64,000 nt of DNA from Nitrospinaceae bacterium (GTDB lineage Bacteria; Nitrospinota; Nitrospinia; Nitrospinales; VA-1). The notes below the pieces were generated by a model, which saw only the letters and a list, made by a program, of their open reading frames with translations, was not told the DNA's origin and did no database searches. Location: the NCBI GenBank assembly GCA_029261455.1, contig JAJDBH010000017.1:5563-69562 (forward strand). The letters are read 5' to 3'. Position numbers and translations under genes: made by a program. Shown here piece after piece: positions 59,362 through 64,000 of the stretch. Each line of letters opens with the position of its first letter. Position 1 is the first letter of the stretch.

Positions 59362-61683
59362 TTAAACCGAGTCTTCTTTTTTTCTTTCTACTTCACCCAA
59401 CAAAAACTTCAATTCTGCAATCTGATCTCCAGCCTTGCTGAACAAGGCTTCGTCTTTTTTGAGGTTTTGAACCTTCACACTCACATCCTCAGCAAGTAGG
59501 TTTAAAGAACTCAACCGTTTTTCCACCTCACCAAGCACATTGATTTTGCTATTTAGCTGATCAATTTTGGACTCAGCATCTTCGGTAATGGTGGTCAGTT
59601 TTTCAATGTTCAGGTTGATTTTATCGAGGTTGTCCCTTTCCTTATCGATTCTTGCTTTTTCTACATTGGTGCGGTTAATAACTACCTCAAGTTCACCAAG
59701 AGCCTGCTGGGTACGCTTAACTTTTTCTTCGCCCTCATGAACCTGACTGATCCGGTTTTCTGTTCTTTCAAGCATATTGCTGAGTTGATCCATTTTCTTT
59801 TCAACATCCAGCATGAACTCCTGCTTTTCATCCAGAGCATCCTGCCTGTTGCGTAAATCTTTCATCAGGCTATCGAGCTCCTGAAGTTTGGAATCTGTCT
59901 TTTCCACCTGAGCTGAGTCTTTGTTCAGCTCTTCCATCTTGCCTTCAAAGTTGGAGGCTATCTGTCCCAGTTCTTCGCGAATCTGATCGATGCGGGAAAT
60001 CTCGTCCTTTGCCTCTTGCACCTCCTTAAATCGAGTACGTAATTCAATCTCTTGAATACTCAGTTTAGAAGACATATTATTCATCCGTTTTTCTTGATCA
60101 TCGATTGCCGCTTTTTCTTTGGCCATATCGAGGATTTTTTCCTCAAGAGTATTAGCCATGGACTTCAAGTCTTCAAGCTTCTGATCCACTTTTTCGAGGA
60201 AGTCGATTTTCTTGGAAACCTTGGCAATTTTGATGTTTGCCTCTTCAATGAAAAAATCCAGCCCATCCACCTTCTTTTCCATTTTTTCAATGAGAGCTTT
60301 CCTCTGCATCTGGGTTTCCATCTTCACATCAAGGCTAATAACCATCGAACTGAGGTCGTTGATTTTTTTATCCACCTGATCGACAAGCTGTTGCTTGCGA
60401 ATGATCTCATCCATCTGCTGCTGGGTGGATTCATTCATCACCTCAACCTGCTTTAGAATTCCGGCAAGTGTGTCAATTTTCTTGATGTCATTATCCAGTC
60501 TTCCGACCTTGTGTTCCGCCTCCTCTGCCATAACGTTAAAGCGGCTCATTTTCTCATTGGCATCATCAATGACTTTCATCTCATCTTTCAAAATTTTCAT
60601 TTTGTTGCTGAGATTGTCAATCAGAAAAGAATTGAGTTTGTGTATCTTCTCCTCAGTCTTTTCGATCATGGACTTTTCGTCATGAATCCGGGCTATCTTG
60701 GTTTCCACATCCACAGATAAAGAGTCCAAGTCTCGCAAACGTCCGGTGATACTTCGGATCATTTCATTTTTAACAGAAATATTTTTGGACTCAATTTTCA
60801 AATCACTGATTTGTTGCATCAAGCTGTGGAGGGTTTCCTGAGTGTCGCTAATCATATGGCTCTGCCCAAGGAGCTTTTCATAATCTGTCTGTACACTGGC
60901 AAGAATACGCTTTAACTCTTCCGTATCGCGGGTATGACTTTCTATAGTTTCCTTATCCTGTTTGATCCTCTCATAGCGGCTATCGAGCTCGCCAAGAGTG
61001 TCCTTCATGACGCCAACTTTCACAGCGGCAGTTCTCAACAAGTCCTTCATGTTGACTACATCCTGCACCTGACTCGAAACGCTATCTAGCATATGCTCTA
61101 GTCGGTCAATATTGCGATCGGCGGATTTGAGAAGTTTGCTTTCCTCTCTAATTTTTTTTACTTTGGAGTCCATGTCCCAGACTAGGACATTCAGGCGACC
61201 GGCATCTTCATTGGCCTTTTCAACAACTTGCTTTTGCTGACTCAGGCTCTTAATTTTGCTGTCAATATGCTCGTTAAGCAGATGCAATCCATCTAAATCC
61301 CTTTTCAGGGTGTTGTAATTAGAATTAACCTCTTTTGATACACGTTGAAAGTCACGCACTCGGACATCAAAAGTCTTGATCTCCTCAAAGCGGACTTCCA
61401 GCGAATCCAGTTTTCTTAGAGCGTCAGGCACCTGACTGCTAACACGGTCAAAAGACCTTTGCTTATCATCCAGTTCACCCGATTTTTTCTCAAAATACTC
61501 AACAAGTAACTGCAAGTTCTTGCGTTCATGAGAAGCAACCTTAATGAGCTCTTTAAATTCTTTGGAATCAAAACCAGCTTTTCCGGAGGGGAAAGAACTT
61601 TGTGGATTCTCAGGTTTAAATTCTTCAGCCATATCGGGACCTGGGTCAAAGAGGATTAATTTTTGGCAAAGGGCATCGCCCAA
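59362..61683 (-). CDS. very long coiled-coil protein, function unknown
   Basis: 773-aa ORF (TTG start; an ATG at 61632 gives 756 aa). Almost entirely heptad-like Glu/Lys/Leu/Asp-rich sequence, with recurring K(I/M)D.L / E.K...L units. No enzymatic motif or TM segment. Confidence 0.7.
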   Translation of the reverse strand: MGDALCQKLILFDPGPDMAEEFKPENPQSSFPSGKAGFDSKEFKELIKVASHERKNLQLLVEYFEKKSGELDDKQRSFDRVSSQVPDALRKLDSLEVRFEEIKTFDVRVRDFQRVSKEVNSNYNTLKRDLDGLHLLNEHIDSKIKSLSQQKQVVEKANEDAGRLNVLVWDMDSKVKKIREESKLLKSADRNIDRLEHMLDSVSSQVQDVVNMKDLLRTAAVKVGVMKDTLGELDSRYERIKQDKETIESHTRDTEELKRILASVQTDYEKLLGQSHMISDTQETLHSLMQQISDLKIESKNISVKNEMIRSITGRLRDLDSLSVDVETKIARIHDEKSMIEKTEEKIHKLNSFLIDNLSNKMKILKDEMKVIDDANEKMSRFNVMAEEAEHKVGRLDNDIKKIDTLAGILKQVEVMNESTQQQMDEIIRKQQLVDQVDKKINDLSSMVISLDVKMETQMQRKALIEKMEKKVDGLDFFIEEANIKIAKVSKKIDFLEKVDQKLEDLKSMANTLEEKILDMAKEKAAIDDQEKRMNNMSSKLSIQEIELRTRFKEVQEAKDEISRIDQIREELGQIASNFEGKMEELNKDSAQVEKTDSKLQELDSLMKDLRNRQDALDEKQEFMLDVEKKMDQLSNMLERTENRISQVHEGEEKVKRTQQALGELEVVINRTNVEKARIDKERDNLDKINLNIEKLTTITEDAESKIDQLNSKINVLGEVEKRLSSLNLLAEDVSVKVQNLKKDEALFSKAGDQIAELKFLLGEVERKKEDSV

Positions 61684-61762
61684 ACACCATAAGGTACTAT
61701 GTTTTTATATACTTATGGGAAATAAATGTCAAGCAGGATAGCTACTTTTGAGGAAAACCAGA

Positions 61763-62782
61763 CTAGGCTCTTTGAACAAGATACTCTGCAATTTGAACGG
61801 CATTGAGTGCCGCCCCTTTGCGCAAGTTGTCGGAAACAACCCAGAAATTGATGGCATTCTCGCAGGAAATATCATCGCGAATTCGACCTACAAACACCTC
61901 ATCTTGGTCAGCGCCATCACATGCTAACGGATATTCGCTGTTTTCGGGATTATCAACCACTCGGATTCCATCACTCCCAGCTAAAAGTTCTTTAACCTCT
62001 TTCGCGCTGATAGGCTTTTCAGTTTCCACATTCACAGATTCAGAGTGACAATAAAATACGGGCACTCGAACGGCGGTGGGTGAGACCAGTATCGATGAAT
62101 CCCCCAGAATTTTCCGGGTTTCATCGACCATCTTCATCTCTTCTTTCGTGTAACCATTTCCCATGAAAATATCTATATGTGGAAGGCAGTTAAATGCAAT
62201 TTGATGAGGGTAAACATCAGGTTTTGCCGTCTCCCCATCCAGTAGATTTTTAGTCTGTTCTTGCAGCTCATCAATGGCTTTTTGACCGGAACCAGAAACA
62301 GACTGGTAAGTGGAAACCACAACCCGCTTTATTTTAAATTTATCGTGAATAGGTTTTAATGCCACCACCATCTGAATGGTTGAACAATTGGGATTAGCAA
62401 TGATACCCGGATCAGAATCGATCGCATCCGGGTTCACCTCCGGCACAATCAGTGGAGTGTTCGGTTCCATGCGAAACGCACTGCTGTTATCAATCACTAT
62501 GCAACCCGACTTCACTGCAAAAGGTGCATATTGACGACTCACGTTTGCTCCAGCAGAAAACAGGGCGATATCCACTCCATCAAATGAGTTTTCTCTCAAC
62601 TCCTCAACGGTAACAGGGTTCCCCTTGAAAGTAAGAGTTTGTCCTGCCGATCTAGCTGATGCCAAAACCTTTAAATTAGCGACAGGAAAATCTCGATCAG
62701 CAAGAATTTCGAGCATTTTCCTTCCTACCGCTCCCGTAGCACCAGCCACGGCCACATTATATTGATCCTTCTTAACCAACAT
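61763..62782 (-). CDS. asd: aspartate-semialdehyde dehydrogenase
   Basis: [12 protein letters not shown] Rossmann motif and active-site [10 protein letters not shown] trimmed the start to the ATG at 62782, which overlaps the leuB stop by 11 nt. Confidence 0.9.
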   Translation of the reverse strand: MLVKKDQYNVAVAGATGAVGRKMLEILADRDFPVANLKVLASARSAGQTLTFKGNPVTVEELRENSFDGVDIALFSAGANVSRQYAPFAVKSGCIVIDNSSAFRMEPNTPLIVPEVNPDAIDSDPGIIANPNCSTIQMVVALKPIHDKFKIKRVVVSTYQSVSGSGQKAIDELQEQTKNLLDGETAKPDVYPHQIAFNCLPHIDIFMGNGYTKEEMKMVDETRKILGDSSILVSPTAVRVPVFYCHSESVNVETEKPISAKEVKELLAGSDGIRVVDNPENSEYPLACDGADQDEVFVGRIRDDISCENAINFWVVSDNLRKGAALNAVQIAEYLVQRA

Positions 62783-63866
62783 TCTTCTTCTCCAGTTCTT
62801 CTGCGACCAAATCACCCATCTCTTTGGTCCCCACCTGCTTCATTCCATCAGACATGATATCTGCGGTGCGAACTCCTTTTGCCAATACAGCTTCAACCGC
62901 TTCCTCAATCCAAGTATTCGGCTCCTCTCGATCCAAAGAATATTTGAACATCATCCCTACCGACAATATTGTTGCCAGCGGGTTGGCCAGTTCCTGACCG
63001 GCAATATCCGGCGCACTGCCATGAATCGGCTCATACATGGCATACTTTTCCCCAAGGCTTGCAGAAGGCAACATGCCTATTGATCCCGTCAGCATAGATG
63101 CCTCATCACTTAATATATCGCCAAACATGTTGGTTGTCAGGATCACATCAAATTGTTTGGGGTTCCTCACCAACTGCATGGCACAGTTATCCACATACAT
63201 ATGCGAAAGGTTCACATCCGAATATTCGGAGTGTAAATTCGTCACAACTTCACGCCAGAAACCAGTCGCCTCTAGAACATTGGCTTTATCCACCGAACAA
63301 ACAGATTTATTACGCTTGCGAGCAACATCAAAGGCGATGCGGGCAATACGCACGATTTCTGGTTCCGTATATACCAGGGTATTGAATCCTCTTCGCGTGC
63401 CATCTTCAAGGGTGTCAACACCACGTGGCTGACCAAAGTAGATTCCACCAGTCAATTCACGCACAACAAGAAGGTCGAGGCCTTCTACCACTTCACGTTT
63501 CAATGTGGATGAATCCACCAAAGCCGGAAAAATACTGGCAGGGCGAAGATTAGCATAAAGACCCAGGCTGGATCGGAGTCCCAATAATGCCCGTTCCGGT
63601 CTCAGAGAAAAGTCAATATTTTCCCACTTAGGCCCCCCAACTGCACCCAACAAGACCGCATCGGCGTTTTGCGCTGCCTGCAGTGATGCTTCCGGCAAAG
63701 GGTGTCCGGTAGCTTCATACCCTGCCCCTCCTACTGGTGCCTCATTGAGGCTTATCTTTAACCCCAGTTTGGACTCAATGATTTTGAGTATTTTTAATGC
63801 TTCCTGAATCACTTCCGGCCCAATCCCATCACCGGGAAATACCGCGATATTTAATTCGGTTTTCAT
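62772..63866 (-). CDS. leuB: 3-isopropylmalate dehydrogenase
   Basis: 364 aa. [13 protein letters not shown] and the signature [25 protein letters not shown]. Confidence 0.95.
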   Translation of the reverse strand: MKTELNIAVFPGDGIGPEVIQEALKILKIIESKLGLKISLNEAPVGGAGYEATGHPLPEASLQAAQNADAVLLGAVGGPKWENIDFSLRPERALLGLRSSLGLYANLRPASIFPALVDSSTLKREVVEGLDLLVVRELTGGIYFGQPRGVDTLEDGTRRGFNTLVYTEPEIVRIARIAFDVARKRNKSVCSVDKANVLEATGFWREVVTNLHSEYSDVNLSHMYVDNCAMQLVRNPKQFDVILTTNMFGDILSDEASMLTGSIGMLPSASLGEKYAMYEPIHGSAPDIAGQELANPLATILSVGMMFKYSLDREEPNTWIEEAVEAVLAKGVRTADIMSDGMKQVGTKEMGDLVAEELEKKNVG

Positions 63867-63949
63867 AATTAATTCAAACTCCTAAATATGGGAATAGTCC
63901 ATCCTATACCCGGTACTTTTACAAAAAGATCTTTACGGATCCAAGTCGG

Positions 63950-64000
63950 TTATACATTGCCAGCGGCGGCTTGCCGCAGTATACGGGCATAAATTTCGTT
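63950..64000 (-). CDS. 3' end of an unidentified CDS running off the window
   Basis: The minus-strand frame reads ...NEIYARILRQAAAGNV* with a stop at 63950-63952. Only 16 codons are visible, so no identification is possible. Confidence 0.2.
   Translation of the reverse strand, partial: NEIYARILRQAAAGNV

Overview
This is a densely coding 64-kb chromosomal segment from an AT-rich (by eye) diderm bacterium. It carries TonB/ExbB/ExbD, a TonB-dependent receptor, beta-barrel outer-membrane proteins and TatC. The lineage cannot be assigned without a database search. All family calls come from motifs I recognised in the supplied translations; no searches were run. Most of the window is housekeeping: asnB, ubiE/menG, htrA, nadC, a Glu/Leu/Phe/Val-type dehydrogenase, hemA-hemC with a ccsA-like gene, hemL, an osmoprotectant-type ABC transporter, a SulP permease, cspA, nrdR-glyA-rpiB, tatC, tRNA-Gly(CCC), ugd, queA, an HU/IHF protein, eno-ftsB, asd and leuB. 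No rRNA, CRISPR array, transposase or integrase was seen. Eight loci are less ordinary:
1. An accessory pocket at about 48.0-50.1 kb. Two diverged ~120-nt repeats bracket a 350-aa protein with a PD-(D/E)xK-like motif arrangement, next to an acidic 90-aa ORF.
2. A four-gene operon of two DUF1538-type membrane paralogs plus a PII-like protein and a CBS-pair protein (8.5-10.9 kb).
3. A class III nucleotidyl cyclase coupled to an amicyanin-like blue-copper protein and a lipoprotein (14.8-18.1 kb).
4. A TonB uptake locus with unusual passengers: a BNR propeller, a DxNxDG-repeat protein and a His/Cys-rich secreted protein. It contains a hairpin-dense internal spacer (34.2-41.9 kb).
5. An isolated divergent flagellin-FlgM pair with a sigma-28-like promoter, convergent with an RNI-type LRR protein.
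6. An mtnP gene interrupted by one in-frame TAA.
7. A 773-aa all-coiled-coil protein.
8. A LOG/DprA-like (SLOG) protein co-transcribed with an orphan larC.
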